DNA from: Nanobdellota archaeon
GTDB lineage: Archaea; Nanobdellota; Nanobdellia; Parvarchaeales; Parvarchaeaceae
Assembly: GCA_021817165.1 (NCBI GenBank)
Contig: JAKAVT010000002.1
Coordinates: 43,563-107,562 of the forward strand
Length of the DNA: 64,000 bases
Direction: 5' to 3'
The notes under the pieces were generated by a model. It searched no databases. It was not told the origin of the DNA and saw only the letters and a program-made list of their open reading frames with translations. Below are positions 39,776 through 50,397 of the stretch, one piece after another. A program made the translations under genes and the position numbers. The stretch's first letter is position 1. Each line of letters begins with the position of its first letter.

Positions 39776-40081
39776 ATGGAAGTCAACGTAAAGGAAGAGG
39801 ATGTCATAAAAGGGCTAAAGCAGTGCTTTGATCCTGAGATACCAGCAAACATCTATGATTTGGGATTAATTTACAAAATAGAGATAAACGGAACGGAAGT
39901 AAAGATACTAATGACTTTAACCTCCCCTTTCTGCCCAGTTACGGACTATTTGGTTGAGGACATAAAAGGCAAGGTAATGGATTTCTCAGGTGCTACAAAG
40001 GTAGACCTGGACATAACGTTTGACCCTCCATGGACCAAAGACAAAATGACGGATGAAGCAAGAGCAGATCTAGGGGTATAA
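39776..40081 (+). CDS. DUF59/MIP18-family Fe-S assembly protein (SufT/PaaD-like)
   Basis: IPANIYDLGLIYKIE...TSPFCPV motif. 101 aa. Confidence 0.75.
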   Translation: MEVNVKEEDVIKGLKQCFDPEIPANIYDLGLIYKIEINGTEVKILMTLTSPFCPVTDYLVEDIKGKVMDFSGATKVDLDITFDPPWTKDKMTDEARADLGV

Positions 40082-40117
40082 AATAGCCTTGCTTTTGAGT
40101 AAAACCTGTTTTAAAAG

Positions 40118-41221
40118 TCAATCTAGAAAATTCTTATCCTTTAACTTTTCAGGCAGATAAGTCTCAGTCATAAACGAAAGCCCCTTTGCAGTAAATGCAT
40201 CTAACTCCACCTTAGCCCCCAATTTTTCCATCTTGTCAAGTTCCTCCATCCATTTCTTATTGTTTTTGAACCAGTCATAATTCTTGATCTGTTTTATCCT
40301 CGCTATATCCACATCTTTAAATTTGATAAGGTGCCTTCTCAATCCGTACTTGTCTATGTCCTCCATTGTCAGGCCCATAAACTTTGATTCTGGTAAAGAA
40401 AGCTTGTCTGAAACGTGTGCCAAAGCAATCGAGCCGAATTTAATGGCAGAATAAATGTAAACCCCCCAGATGTCCCCGTCGGTTAAAACATAAACCGGAA
40501 GATTATGCTCTCTGCTAAGCCTTTGAAGCAGCCTTCTTATCCCTCTCGTTGCCTGGCCCTGGCTTGCTATTATGACACAGTGCAGTTTCTTCCATGCCTT
40601 GTCTTCATTAAGTCGGTCCCAGATAGTCGCCTTCTCCATGTATATCACGAATTTCGCATCAACTTTTTTGAATATAATATCCTCTACATTGCTTGGCACG
40701 GCCCAGCCACCGCTTCCCATCTTTGACCAATCTATTACGTCCCCCCGGTCTTCTACTATTACTTCCCCAGCAACAGCACCATTTTTGTTTGCATTGATAT
40801 TCAGCTGCTCTCTTGTTAAATCAGTTATCAGTTCTAAATCTTCTATTGCCTTGTTTGTCTCTATCTGATCATCAACTACATCTATCTTTGTCCCGGGTAT
40901 TGTCCTTCTTACCTGGTAAAAGGCTGACCTTAAGCTTGTGTGCTTATCGCTCTTTATAAGTTCCCTGCTGACTGCTGCCATGGCCATCGTCTGTATGAAC
41001 TTTCTTACATGACCAACGTTTAAAAAATATCTTCTTGACAAACCGCTGCCTAATGTGATCATCCTGCTTTCTGTATCGTATTTTACATTTGACAGACCTC
41101 TTACAGGCAGGGTCAAATAAGGATTTTCTCCTTTTTCTATCTGTTGATAAACATCCTTTCCAAGCTTCTCAAGTACGCTTAATCTCTTTTTCCTTGATTC
41201 TTCGATTTCCTTATTATCCAT
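40118..41221 (-). CDS. top6A: DNA topoisomerase VI subunit A (Spo11-like)
   Basis: 367 aa. Lies immediately downstream of top6B. Confidence 0.9.
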   Translation of the reverse strand: MDNKEIEESRKKRLSVLEKLGKDVYQQIEKGENPYLTLPVRGLSNVKYDTESRMITLGSGLSRRYFLNVGHVRKFIQTMAMAAVSRELIKSDKHTSLRSAFYQVRRTIPGTKIDVVDDQIETNKAIEDLELITDLTREQLNINANKNGAVAGEVIVEDRGDVIDWSKMGSGGWAVPSNVEDIIFKKVDAKFVIYMEKATIWDRLNEDKAWKKLHCVIIASQGQATRGIRRLLQRLSREHNLPVYVLTDGDIWGVYIYSAIKFGSIALAHVSDKLSLPESKFMGLTMEDIDKYGLRRHLIKFKDVDIARIKQIKNYDWFKNNKKWMEELDKMEKLGAKVELDAFTAKGLSFMTETYLPEKLKDKNFLD

Positions 41222-41223
41222 AT

Positions 41224-43089
41224 TTATTCCTCCTCTCCTGTAGACGTATCGGATTCTATCTTGCTTGATATAACATCTCCTTTGCTAAGGCTTTCCTCCA
41301 CGTTTGCTTTGACCTCTTCCTTCTTCTTTTCAAGAAGGCCCTCTATCTTTGTCTTTATCTTTTTCTCTTCTATGTCTGTCAACTTTGAAAGTGAATATGC
41401 CAGTTCTATGCCGTACTTGTCAAACAGACTTATCCTCTCCTGGAACAGACTGCTTTTATGCTTTCTGTTGAGAAACACTGAAAGCGTTCTGACAAGCTCC
41501 TGCAATGCAAGCTTTATCTCTTTTATTATAACTGGATAGCTGGCGACAGAATTCTTGCTCTCATTCGTATAAGGAACCCATACCGATGCTATGTGGATTA
41601 TAAACACCAATTGACCTATCGGCACCTTATTTTCGACTTTTAAGCCGTAACGTGCATAATCCACTCCAAAAAAGCTTTGAGTCAACGCGCATGAGGAAGA
41701 ATCGAATAGCAAAGGTATCTTGTTTGCGAACCTCATTAAAATTGCTTTATCGGTCTGTATCTTTCCGCCATAAGCTGCGGCTACCTCTATTTGAAACGGC
41801 ATTCCCCGATAAACTTCCGGTTTCCTAGTAACTGATTTGACAAACTCTGGCGAGTATTCCTTCTTCAGACTCTTTTCCAGTTCTTCTCCTCCGATAGGTG
41901 ACAAACAATCGGTCTGTGGCCGCATTAAATCAAGGGACTGCAATGCCTTCAATATCGAATTTGCCTGCACCCTGTCAATCTCTTGTGGTTTTGTTTTTGT
42001 GTCTATGCCCGCACTTTTCAATGTCTGCTCTGCCACTGCCCTACTTACTCTCGATAATTCATTCTCTAAAACTGATGCCACTGTTCGTTCAGTGGAATTT
42101 TTAAGTATACGCATGAATATGCCTATCTCCAGTCCTTCAGGATGCGGCTTGATGGACAAAGGCTCTTTTGGCAGCGAGTCTATTACTCTTTTGTACGTGA
42201 CCTTTTCGCCATTTGGATTAATGTAAATCAAGGTTGCATGCGGGTTTACCAAAGCCGTCCTCCTTATGTATTCATCCAGACCCTTGTTCCCGCTGATGTA
42301 TAATCCCTCTATCTCCAATTCAATACTTGTGCCGGATTCGTACGGATAGTCTTCGTCGCTTTCCTCAATGACTTCCGGCTCGTTTTTTAGGATGTTTATC
42401 TGAACCTTCATCATCTTTGCCTTCTTTGCACTTTTTATCTTAGAAATTATCTTTGCCGGTTTCCCAGTTGTAAGCTGCGAATAAAGAACCGCGGAGTGTA
42501 TCCCTATACCCTGCTGTCCTCTGCTCTGTTTCATCGATTGGAACTTGCTGCCGTAAAGCATCCTTCCGAATATGTCAGGTATTTTTGATGAAAGTATACC
42601 TGGTCCGTTATCGGTAATCTTTATGAGGAATATCGGCGCGTTTTTCTTCAGTCTTAACTGTTTACCGTTCATCAACACTAAAAGCTTGTCGTTGCTTTCG
42701 GATACGTCAAATGTAATGTCTTCGAATGAAAGGGATAATTTGCCATTCCTTATCTGCTTTGATTGGCTTTTTCCCTTGTAAAGAACGGTAAACTCGTTTT
42801 TTCTTACTATCAATTGGCCGATGTTCTGCTTCTCGTCAAGCATTTGGTAGTTATCGCTCAATGCCTTTACGTCTACAGTTATCTCGGGCAGAGTTACCTT
42901 TTCCTTGTTCTTTTCCTGCATGTGCCCAAGTTCCTCACACGCATCCAATGAATTATCAACAGCTTCTTTTACGCATGTAAGCAGAGCTTTTTGCTTATTG
43001 TCAAAACCAAGCAAATGCCTGTTTTTTTCAAAGAATTCGGTTACGCTTATTGCTCTTTGTCCTTTTGCAAGTTCCTCAGCGATTTCCAT
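41224..43089 (-). CDS. top6B: DNA topoisomerase VI subunit B (GHKL ATPase)
   Basis: 621 aa. GHKL Bergerat-fold motifs (DNGPGI). Confidence 0.9.
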   Translation of the reverse strand: MEIAEELAKGQRAISVTEFFEKNRHLLGFDNKQKALLTCVKEAVDNSLDACEELGHMQEKNKEKVTLPEITVDVKALSDNYQMLDEKQNIGQLIVRKNEFTVLYKGKSQSKQIRNGKLSLSFEDITFDVSESNDKLLVLMNGKQLRLKKNAPIFLIKITDNGPGILSSKIPDIFGRMLYGSKFQSMKQSRGQQGIGIHSAVLYSQLTTGKPAKIISKIKSAKKAKMMKVQINILKNEPEVIEESDEDYPYESGTSIELEIEGLYISGNKGLDEYIRRTALVNPHATLIYINPNGEKVTYKRVIDSLPKEPLSIKPHPEGLEIGIFMRILKNSTERTVASVLENELSRVSRAVAEQTLKSAGIDTKTKPQEIDRVQANSILKALQSLDLMRPQTDCLSPIGGEELEKSLKKEYSPEFVKSVTRKPEVYRGMPFQIEVAAAYGGKIQTDKAILMRFANKIPLLFDSSSCALTQSFFGVDYARYGLKVENKVPIGQLVFIIHIASVWVPYTNESKNSVASYPVIIKEIKLALQELVRTLSVFLNRKHKSSLFQERISLFDKYGIELAYSLSKLTDIEEKKIKTKIEGLLEKKKEEVKANVEESLSKGDVISSKIESDTSTGEEE

Positions 43090-43591
43090 TTAAATACACC
43101 TCTACCTTCTTTTTGTTTATCATTGAAAACACATTATCATGTTTCGCACCATTTAAAATCATTTCTATTGCGGACTGCGCAATAGACAGATTCTGTATCT
43201 GCCCAATAATACTTATAGTTTTCCCATAGACATTTATATAACAAGCCGTTTCCTTCATCAATCTCTGTTTTATCATCCCTCTCGTGCCTATAACCCTTCC
43301 TTTTAGCTGCATGGCCCTCTTTTCCGAATTGCTGTATTCCCTTAAGCTGATTATGACTAGATCGTAATCGTCGTCAAGCAGCAAGGTCGAAATCGCTGCA
43401 TCGAAACCCCTGTTAAACGCATTTATCACGTTTTTAACGGATAAAACTTCGAGTGCGCTGCTTCCGTTTATATAGACCGTATTGCCTTCAAATTTCAGAG
43501 TAACGCCGTGCTGCTTTATCTTTTCCAACAGCTTTTTCTGGATCAGCAGCTCCTTTGCCTTTCTCCCGTTCATTAATATCTCATCTTCCAT
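43076..43591 (-). CDS. KH-domain RNA-binding protein (archaeal Dim2/Pno1-like)
   Basis: Two KH-like segments. GXXG loop VIGTRGMI. Confidence 0.65.
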   Translation of the reverse strand: MEDEILMNGRKAKELLIQKKLLEKIKQHGVTLKFEGNTVYINGSSALEVLSVKNVINAFNRGFDAAISTLLLDDDYDLVIISLREYSNSEKRAMQLKGRVIGTRGMIKQRLMKETACYINVYGKTISIIGQIQNLSIAQSAIEMILNGAKHDNVFSMINKKKVEVYLNGNR

Positions 43592-45169
43592 TCACAACTC
43601 CTTCGACATGTACCATTTATACCTTTTGTATCCAATATTCCTGTAATATTCCCGCACTCCCACTCCTGATATGACATTTATCTTATTTATGGCATACTCT
43701 TCTTTTGTTATCCTTTCCGCTTCTGCAAGCAGCGCTTTTCCAAAACCCTTGTGCTGGAAAGAGTCCTGCTTATTTTCATTTATGTTCAGATGCTCGCCGT
43801 AAACATGCAATTCCCTTACGAATCCTTCCTTTGAATTGTCCGCTATTCTAAGCCGCAGGAAAGCGATGATTGCGTTGTTGTTCATATCGTCTATGCTTAG
43901 GAATATCTCATTTCCGTTTACAGATCTGTAATTTTCCCGGTTAAGCGCTACCCTTACAGGCTTTGAAAGCTTTACGTGCCCTATTTCCCTGCTCCTTATG
44001 TCATTCGCTCTCTTTCCCATTTCCGCTATTCTCTGGTCGATGAGCTGCCTCAGATTTGTTACTTTTATTCCGTTCTCTATGAATGTTGATGGTATGTCCC
44101 TTTCGATTCTCATTATTCTCAGCCATTTCGGGGCGTTTATCTCAGATTCTGCTATTACATCAACAACCTCCTCAACAGGATATGGATTGTAATTCCCTCT
44201 TTTCCACATCTCATACAACCCTGTTCCGCGGATTACCAACGTCGGATATATCTTTATGGCATCGGGTTTGAAATCTTCATTGTTGTATATCTGTCTGATT
44301 GTTTCCCTATCTTTTTCCTTATCCGAAAAAGGCAGATTGAGCATTATATGATAGTCCACCTTATACCCGTAGTTTTTCAGCCTTCTGCTAGCATCTATGA
44401 CATCGTTTATTGTATGTCCCCTGTTGTTTTTTAGTAACACATCATCGTAAATGCTTTGTACTCCCAGTTCTATTCTTGTTATCCCAAAATCCAACATCCT
44501 TTCTATATCTTCGTCGGCACATCTTTCCGGTTTCGTCTCTGCGGCAAACGCAACGCACCTTACCTTTGCGGTCTCATTGAATCCCTTCTGCGTTTCCAGA
44601 TCGCCGTCTACCTTGTCACCGTGAAACTCATTCATTGCTTTGTAAACATTAGTAACATATTCTTTGACGTAATCTTTTGGTAAAGTCGTAAATGTTCCGC
44701 CTATTACTATGACTTCTATTTTCTGCGGGTTATAACCCATAAAAAGATAATGTTTTAGTCTGGCAGTAACCTGCTTGTAGGGATCATAATTATTCATCAA
44801 TGCCCTCCTGGCAGCGGGCTCAAAGCCGGTATAGCTTTGCGGCGTGTTGAACTTTGTGCCTCCTGGACAGAATATGCATGTGCCATGCGGACAGTCATAA
44901 GGCTTTGTCATTACGGCCACAACATTCACTCCAGAAAGTATCCTTACCGGCTTGGAAACCATAAAACTTGCATATTTTTCCCTTTCGTCCTGCGAGAAGT
45001 AATTCAGTATCTCGCCGTTCTTCGGTATGTTGTGCATGCCGAGCTCCCTGCAGACTTTTCTTTTTGTAAGAAGCATCTCCCTTTTGTTTTTTATCTTGCC
45101 TTCTTCTATGATCTGCTTGAATACGGGTATGAATTTGCTTATATTGTCTTCTTTGTCGTAATAATCCAT
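43592..45169 (-). CDS. elp3: Elp3-like radical SAM/GNAT tRNA modification enzyme
   Basis: Radical SAM CxxxCxxC (CPHGTCIFC). C-terminal GNAT (KGFGKALLAEAE). 525 aa. Confidence 0.9.
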   Translation of the reverse strand: MDYYDKEDNISKFIPVFKQIIEEGKIKNKREMLLTKRKVCRELGMHNIPKNGEILNYFSQDEREKYASFMVSKPVRILSGVNVVAVMTKPYDCPHGTCIFCPGGTKFNTPQSYTGFEPAARRALMNNYDPYKQVTARLKHYLFMGYNPQKIEVIVIGGTFTTLPKDYVKEYVTNVYKAMNEFHGDKVDGDLETQKGFNETAKVRCVAFAAETKPERCADEDIERMLDFGITRIELGVQSIYDDVLLKNNRGHTINDVIDASRRLKNYGYKVDYHIMLNLPFSDKEKDRETIRQIYNNEDFKPDAIKIYPTLVIRGTGLYEMWKRGNYNPYPVEEVVDVIAESEINAPKWLRIMRIERDIPSTFIENGIKVTNLRQLIDQRIAEMGKRANDIRSREIGHVKLSKPVRVALNRENYRSVNGNEIFLSIDDMNNNAIIAFLRLRIADNSKEGFVRELHVYGEHLNINENKQDSFQHKGFGKALLAEAERITKEEYAINKINVISGVGVREYYRNIGYKRYKWYMSKEL

Positions 45170-45209
45170 ATGCTTTATAATTTATAAAAGCTGGGTATAT
45201 AAATTATAT

Positions 45210-48155
45210 ATGAACAAGAAAGCGCAGATGATAACAATATTCTTCTCCCTTTTCCTCATACTTGCGATTATAACGATAATAAGCATAGAATCGGCAAACC
45301 TGCAGACAAACCAGAACATAAATTCATTGCAGCAGGCCTACAATCTGCCCAAACAGGAGTACTATAACTTCTTGAACGTAATGGCGCAGATATCGGCGAT
45401 AAACCCGTCTAGTGCTACAAATGCGGTGTTCAATTCAACGATAGAAAACATATATGATACATTTTTCCAGAATCTGAATATAACGAATCAAGGAGTCAAT
45501 ACGAGCAGTATAATAATAAACAACTTCGCAGAAAGTATACCCTTGTTAATAACAAACTATCAGAACATAGCTACACCAAATCCCTTCCAACAAATGATAA
45601 ACATATCAGTTTCTTCAATTAATAATTATATAAACCCCCCTTTTTTTGGACAAAACGTAGAATTTGTCTATAAAAATAATAGTGTTATTCCTTCGTGGTT
45701 AGAATCTTACAATTCAAAATACGCTATTTGGTGGGTAAAAATTGCTTCTATTCCGGCAAGGGGAACAATAATAATATACATGAAATTTGCCAACAAAAAA
45801 ATTAATCTGTTTAATAATAAGACAACGGGAGAGGCACCACAGCTTTCCCTTACTTATGCAGAATACGATGACGGAGCTAATGTATTCAATTATTATAATG
45901 ATTTCTCTGGAACTACATTAAACAATTTTCTTACTACTGGAGCAACTGGGTACACAATTACAGTTAACAATGGCTTATTTATTAAAGGGGGCTCTTCAAA
46001 TATTTATGGGGTGTACTTGCCCGCTACTTATAATTTTACAAAAAATTCTGTGTTTTCATATTATCTAACTGGCTTCTCTATAACTAGTCCTGATTATTGG
46101 ATAGGAGGGGGCATAGCTTCTTCACAATCATCGGGTGGAACAGCATATATCGCAGACAGTGTAATAGGCGCAGATTATTGTTACGGAGTGCCAACATTTG
46201 GTTGTGGAGTACAATATGGGAGGACTTTAATTGGCACGTCTTCTTCTTCAACAACAGTCGGGGACGCCCTTGGTCTAAATAGTATCTATGATCTAAATGC
46301 AACTTATTTAGAAACGGTAAATCCAACCGGAACGGCGCTATGGAAATTACCCGGAGGCACTAATGAACAGTTAGAACCTCCCTTTTACTGGGAGATTGGT
46401 GGTTGGAATGACGCATCGGGCGATGAACTAAATGTTTCCTATACTTACATAAGAAACGCACCGCCAAATGGAATTATGCCTTCAGTGCAGATATTGAATG
46501 TTCCTGCTAATATAGGGTATATAGCGCCATTAACTATAACAAACCATCAGAATATTGCGACCCCGAATCCATTTCAACAGGAAGTTGTTATAAACGCTAG
46601 CCGATACTCTGTCATGGAAGCACCAAATTTGGATAATGTAGAATTCTTCTACAGCAACGGAACAATTATACCCTCGTGGTTAGAAAACGGCAATAGTTCT
46701 TCAAACAATACTATTTATTGGCTTAAGATTGGAAGCATACCTGCAAATTCCTCCATCAATGTATTTATTGGTTTTGCATCCACTAACTTAAATTTATTTA
46801 ATGGACAAACTGTGGGAGAAGCCCCTCAGCTTTCTCCAACGTACGCAGAGTACGATGATGGTGTGAACGTATTCAACTTTTATAGTGATTTTAAAGGAAC
46901 TAGCTTGAATACAAATAAATGGATTAATGGAGGTACGGGGACAAACTGTGGTGGAACAGTAGTTAGTGGAGGTGGACCAGGAGTCATCATAAATAATGGC
47001 TTAAGTATATCTACAGATTCAAGTACTTATTGGGGAGGGGTAGTATCCAGTACAGGATTTACTCCTCCCGCTATATTCGAGACAGATACAATTTCTTTAA
47101 GTGGCGTAGCATCTGGAATAGCTGAGGGTACAGCAAACAACCTCAATGCAGGTATGTACTTCTTTAATTTTTGGGCTTCGGGATTTGCATCAGGGACAAT
47201 AGATGATGGACTTAGTAATCTCGCTCCTCCACTAATAAGTACTGGTATAACTGGAATTGCTTGGCTTAGCTCATCTAGCCAAGTAGTGTACCATAATTAT
47301 ATCGCAACACAAGAGTCACAGACCGCATATTCTTTGCCTTCGAATATTTATCCAATAATAGGTATTGGGGACTGTAGTTCTTCTTCTAGCATATCTGTTC
47401 AATGGGCTCGTGTCCGTGCCTATCCTCCAAACGGAGTAATGCCTTCCACAAGTATAGGAACTATTCAAAACATGTATCCATTTGAGTATCAATATTCCGT
47501 GGCGAATTTCACAAATTCTACGAGCATATCAGTTCCCGGAACTGCTAGCACAGGAAAGATATGGAATGGAGGTCATGCATACACCTTGGCAATGTGGGTG
47601 AACCTGCAGCATTCTTATGGGGCATGTGGTTACCCTTGCTACGATTTATTCCAAACAAACCAGGGCTGCACTTCCGGGCTGCAGCAGTACAAAGACAATG
47701 CAACTGGTTATCAAATAAACCTTTTAGAATGGAATTCCTCTTGTGGAACAGGCGCAGCGGCACAAAGTTCACCGTACCAGTATGTTCCTTATGGAAAATG
47801 GGAATTGATAACGGGAATATTCGAGTATAACTCGCAAGGGAACGCATGGATAGCTTCCTGTGTAGATACTCATTGCACTAATAGCACATGGACCTTGAAT
47901 ACTCCGGCAGTTTATTCCACGCCTGCAACGATTCTCGGATCTGGGCAGATTAATGGAAAAGTAACAGATGTACAAATGTATGATAGCGCATTGACATTAA
48001 ATCAAGTTAATCAGTTATATAATGAGTTTATAGGCGCACAACCTGTGGCTAATTCAACACTTGTTGCCTGGATACCTTTGGATGGAAACGCATACGATGA
48101 CAGTGGAAATGGCAACACTGCTTCCTTATCTTCAGTTAATTTTTTATATCCTTAA
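45210..48155 (+). CDS. large extracellular glycoprotein with N-terminal signal/anchor (possibly class III) and two tandem DUF2341/ConA-like repeat units
   Basis: MNKKAQ|MITIFFSLFLILAIITII N-terminus. Tandem copies of ITNxQNIATPNPFQQ...NVEFxY...IPSWLE...GEAPQLSxTYAEYDDGxNVFNxY. 981 aa, S/T/N/G-rich. Confidence 0.75.
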   Translation: MNKKAQMITIFFSLFLILAIITIISIESANLQTNQNINSLQQAYNLPKQEYYNFLNVMAQISAINPSSATNAVFNSTIENIYDTFFQNLNITNQGVNTSSIIINNFAESIPLLITNYQNIATPNPFQQMINISVSSINNYINPPFFGQNVEFVYKNNSVIPSWLESYNSKYAIWWVKIASIPARGTIIIYMKFANKKINLFNNKTTGEAPQLSLTYAEYDDGANVFNYYNDFSGTTLNNFLTTGATGYTITVNNGLFIKGGSSNIYGVYLPATYNFTKNSVFSYYLTGFSITSPDYWIGGGIASSQSSGGTAYIADSVIGADYCYGVPTFGCGVQYGRTLIGTSSSSTTVGDALGLNSIYDLNATYLETVNPTGTALWKLPGGTNEQLEPPFYWEIGGWNDASGDELNVSYTYIRNAPPNGIMPSVQILNVPANIGYIAPLTITNHQNIATPNPFQQEVVINASRYSVMEAPNLDNVEFFYSNGTIIPSWLENGNSSSNNTIYWLKIGSIPANSSINVFIGFASTNLNLFNGQTVGEAPQLSPTYAEYDDGVNVFNFYSDFKGTSLNTNKWINGGTGTNCGGTVVSGGGPGVIINNGLSISTDSSTYWGGVVSSTGFTPPAIFETDTISLSGVASGIAEGTANNLNAGMYFFNFWASGFASGTIDDGLSNLAPPLISTGITGIAWLSSSSQVVYHNYIATQESQTAYSLPSNIYPIIGIGDCSSSSSISVQWARVRAYPPNGVMPSTSIGTIQNMYPFEYQYSVANFTNSTSISVPGTASTGKIWNGGHAYTLAMWVNLQHSYGACGYPCYDLFQTNQGCTSGLQQYKDNATGYQINLLEWNSSCGTGAAAQSSPYQYVPYGKWELITGIFEYNSQGNAWIASCVDTHCTNSTWTLNTPAVYSTPATILGSGQINGKVTDVQMYDSALTLNQVNQLYNEFIGAQPVANSTLVAWIPLDGNAYDDSGNGNTASLSSVNFLYP

Positions 48156-49273
48156 TCATTTAATATAAAACTTGCGGTTTTTTCCTTGTTAAACGGAACT
48201 AAATCCTTGTAATCCTGCCCAGTCCCCAAAAATAGTATTGGCTTCTTTGTAACGTATGATATTGATAAAACTGCTCCTCCTTTCTTGTCAACGTCTGCCT
48301 TTGAGAGTATGTTAAGGTCTATGCCTACCTCCTTATCAAATATTTCTGCCTGTTTTACAACGTCATTTCCTGTCAATGAATCTCCAACAAAAATTGTTAG
48401 ATCCGGTTTGCTTACTTTTTTGACTTTTTTCAGTTCTTCGATTAGATTTTTGTTAATGTCGCTCCTTCCTGCAGTGTCTATCAAAACTACGTCGTCTTTG
48501 TCAGAATCTGCGTGCTTTATCGCATCAAATGCCACTGCCGCTGGATCTGCGCCGTAAGTATGCTTTATCACTTCAACGCCCAAACGCTTGGCATGTATCT
48601 CCAGCTGTTCTATCGAAGCAGCTCTGAAAGTGTCACTTGCCGCTATGACGGGCTTTAAGCCGTTTGACTGCAGGAACTTGCAGAGCTTTGCAATTGTAGT
48701 GGTTTTACCGGCCCCGTTTACCCCTATGAACAGAAGCACGAACGGTTTTTTGCTTTTTATCTTAGAGATGAAGTCTTCCGTGCTATATCCTATCAGTACG
48801 TCTGCTATGCTGTCTTTTATGGCCTTCTCTATCGCTTTTTTGTTGTTTATAATCGAAACGCTTTCCCCCACGAGATTAGCGCTTAAATCATCGTGTATTT
48901 TATCCAAAACGGAAAGCGCAACGTTATTTTCCAAAAGCGCCGATTTTATTTCAGAGAATATGAGAGTAACATCTTCGTCCGTTATTACGTGCGAAAAGAC
49001 CTTCTTTTTTCTTGGCTCGTGCTTCTCTTCTGGCTTTATTTCTTTTTCTTCTTTCTTCAATTCCTTTACTTCCTTCCCTACTTCCTTTATCTCTTCTTTT
49101 AGCCCTTCTTTGTCTTCATGCCCAAGATCCTTTTTTAATTCTTCACGGTCTTCCGACAAGATAGTGCTTTCCTTTTTTATGTCTTCCTTTATTTCCGACT
49201 CTTCTTCCTTTGAAAGTTTTTTCTGTATGGAATTTAAGGAATCCTTTATTTTTTTCTTTATGAAGTCAAACAT
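48152..49273 (-). CDS. ftsY: signal recognition particle receptor FtsY
   Basis: GVNGAGKTTTIAKL, DTAGR and the other NG-domain motifs. Charged E/K-rich N-terminus. Confidence 0.9.
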   Translation of the reverse strand: MFDFIKKKIKDSLNSIQKKLSKEEESEIKEDIKKESTILSEDREELKKDLGHEDKEGLKEEIKEVGKEVKELKKEEKEIKPEEKHEPRKKKVFSHVITDEDVTLIFSEIKSALLENNVALSVLDKIHDDLSANLVGESVSIINNKKAIEKAIKDSIADVLIGYSTEDFISKIKSKKPFVLLFIGVNGAGKTTTIAKLCKFLQSNGLKPVIAASDTFRAASIEQLEIHAKRLGVEVIKHTYGADPAAVAFDAIKHADSDKDDVVLIDTAGRSDINKNLIEELKKVKKVSKPDLTIFVGDSLTGNDVVKQAEIFDKEVGIDLNILSKADVDKKGGAVLSISYVTKKPILFLGTGQDYKDLVPFNKEKTASFILND

Positions 49274-49274
49274 A

Positions 49275-49697
49275 TTATCTTAATGAGTTTTGGTAGCTTT
49301 CGTAGAGCTTGTTTGCCTCTTCTTCCAGCTTTGTACCCCTCTCCTGCAAAACCTGTATCGTCTGCGCTATCGAACCTATGTTCCCGCTTACTTCCTTAAA
49401 ATCACTTTCCAGTTTCTTCTTCAATTCCTTCAATGAAAATGACTTAAAGATGTTGCTGCCTATTCCGACGATTGCATTGTCAAGTTCGTTTACCTTTCCC
49501 CTTATGAATATGTCCTGAGCGTATGGTATCAAAACGTCGCTGTTTTCTTTCAATGAATTCAATCCGTCCAATGCCCTTGCGATGTTGTCCTGTGTGGCCT
49601 GTAGATTATTAAGAGCGTTTATGTAGTTTTCAAGTTCTCTTCTTATATACTCAATCTCCATCAGCTGACTGCTCAGCTTTTCCTCGTCAATTTCCAT
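49275..49697 (-). CDS. pfdA: prefoldin alpha subunit
   Basis: 140-aa coiled-coil/beta-hairpin/coiled-coil layout. Conserved position next to ftsY. Confidence 0.75.
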   Translation of the reverse strand: MEIDEEKLSSQLMEIEYIRRELENYINALNNLQATQDNIARALDGLNSLKENSDVLIPYAQDIFIRGKVNELDNAIVGIGSNIFKSFSLKELKKKLESDFKEVSGNIGSIAQTIQVLQERGTKLEEEANKLYESYQNSLR

Positions 49698-49961
49698 TTA
49701 CTGGCCCTGTTTTACAAGATTTATTGTGACTATTTTTTTGTCGTCCTTGGAACACATCACTCTTATCTTGGCCTTTGGATCTTTCATTCCCCTGCTGAAT
49801 ATCTCATCATTGACATCCTGCCCAAGTTTTACATCATCCGCTTTCATGTGCCTTTTTACGAAAGCCTTGAGGTATTTTGCCGCAGCTGCGGCCCTTTTGT
49901 AAGGCGGAACCTTTTCTATCCCTCTCCGCATATTGACCATCATTATTCTCTGTTCTGCCAT
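49698..49961 (-). CDS. rpl31e: ribosomal protein L31e
   Basis: VNMRRGIEKVPPYKRAAAAAKYLKAFVKRHMK...LGQDVNDEIFSRG fits the L31e consensus. Confidence 0.8.
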   Translation of the reverse strand: MAEQRIMMVNMRRGIEKVPPYKRAAAAAKYLKAFVKRHMKADDVKLGQDVNDEIFSRGMKDPKAKIRVMCSKDDKKIVTINLVKQGQ

Positions 49962-49962
49962 T

Positions 49963-50109
49963 TTATCTACCCACGTTTTTGTTCATCCTGGACCTGTCCA
50001 TCTTCCTCGTGCCGTATTTCCTTATCTGCGCAAATACGGGCGGACGGCTTGTTTTCCTTGCGTGCTTTATCAGTTCTCTTTTTTTATTAGCCGATTTATT
50101 CCTTGCCAT
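49963..50109 (-). CDS. rpl39e: ribosomal protein L39e (48 aa; below the size cut-off of the ORF track)
   Basis: Minus-strand ORF translates to MARNKSANKKRELIKHARKTSRPPVFAQIRKYGTRKMDRSRMNKNVGR, a basic protein with an MARNK...R-P-V core like L39e. Conserved archaeal position immediately upstream of rpl31e. Confidence 0.55.
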   Translation of the reverse strand: MARNKSANKKRELIKHARKTSRPPVFAQIRKYGTRKMDRSRMNKNVGR

Positions 50110-50111
50110 AG

Positions 50112-50396
50112 TCATTTATTCTCAAACTTTATCTTTTGTTCTTTTTTAGGCTGTGCTATTGTCTGCAATAATTCCTTCAACCTTTGATCATCGATGACAG
50201 ATTTCAACCTTCCTGTCAATGCTGACTGGATAAGCATGTTCTCAACTTCTTCTGCCAACTCAGGATGAGCATACCTAAGATTTCCCAGTCTCTCCCTCGC
50301 TTCCTTCGTGAGGAATTTGACAAGCACATCCTGCTTTAACTGCTCCATCTTCTTTCTCTGCTCTGCTTCATCAACATTGTTGTTTTTGTATTCCAT
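50112..50396 (-). CDS. PDCD5/TFAR19-like dsDNA-binding protein
   Basis: 94 aa. Conserved member of the archaeal rps19e-rpl39e-rpl31e cluster. K/E-rich helical. Confidence 0.65.
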   Translation of the reverse strand: MEYKNNNVDEAEQRKKMEQLKQDVLVKFLTKEARERLGNLRYAHPELAEEVENMLIQSALTGRLKSVIDDQRLKELLQTIAQPKKEQKIKFENK

Positions 50397-50397
50397 G

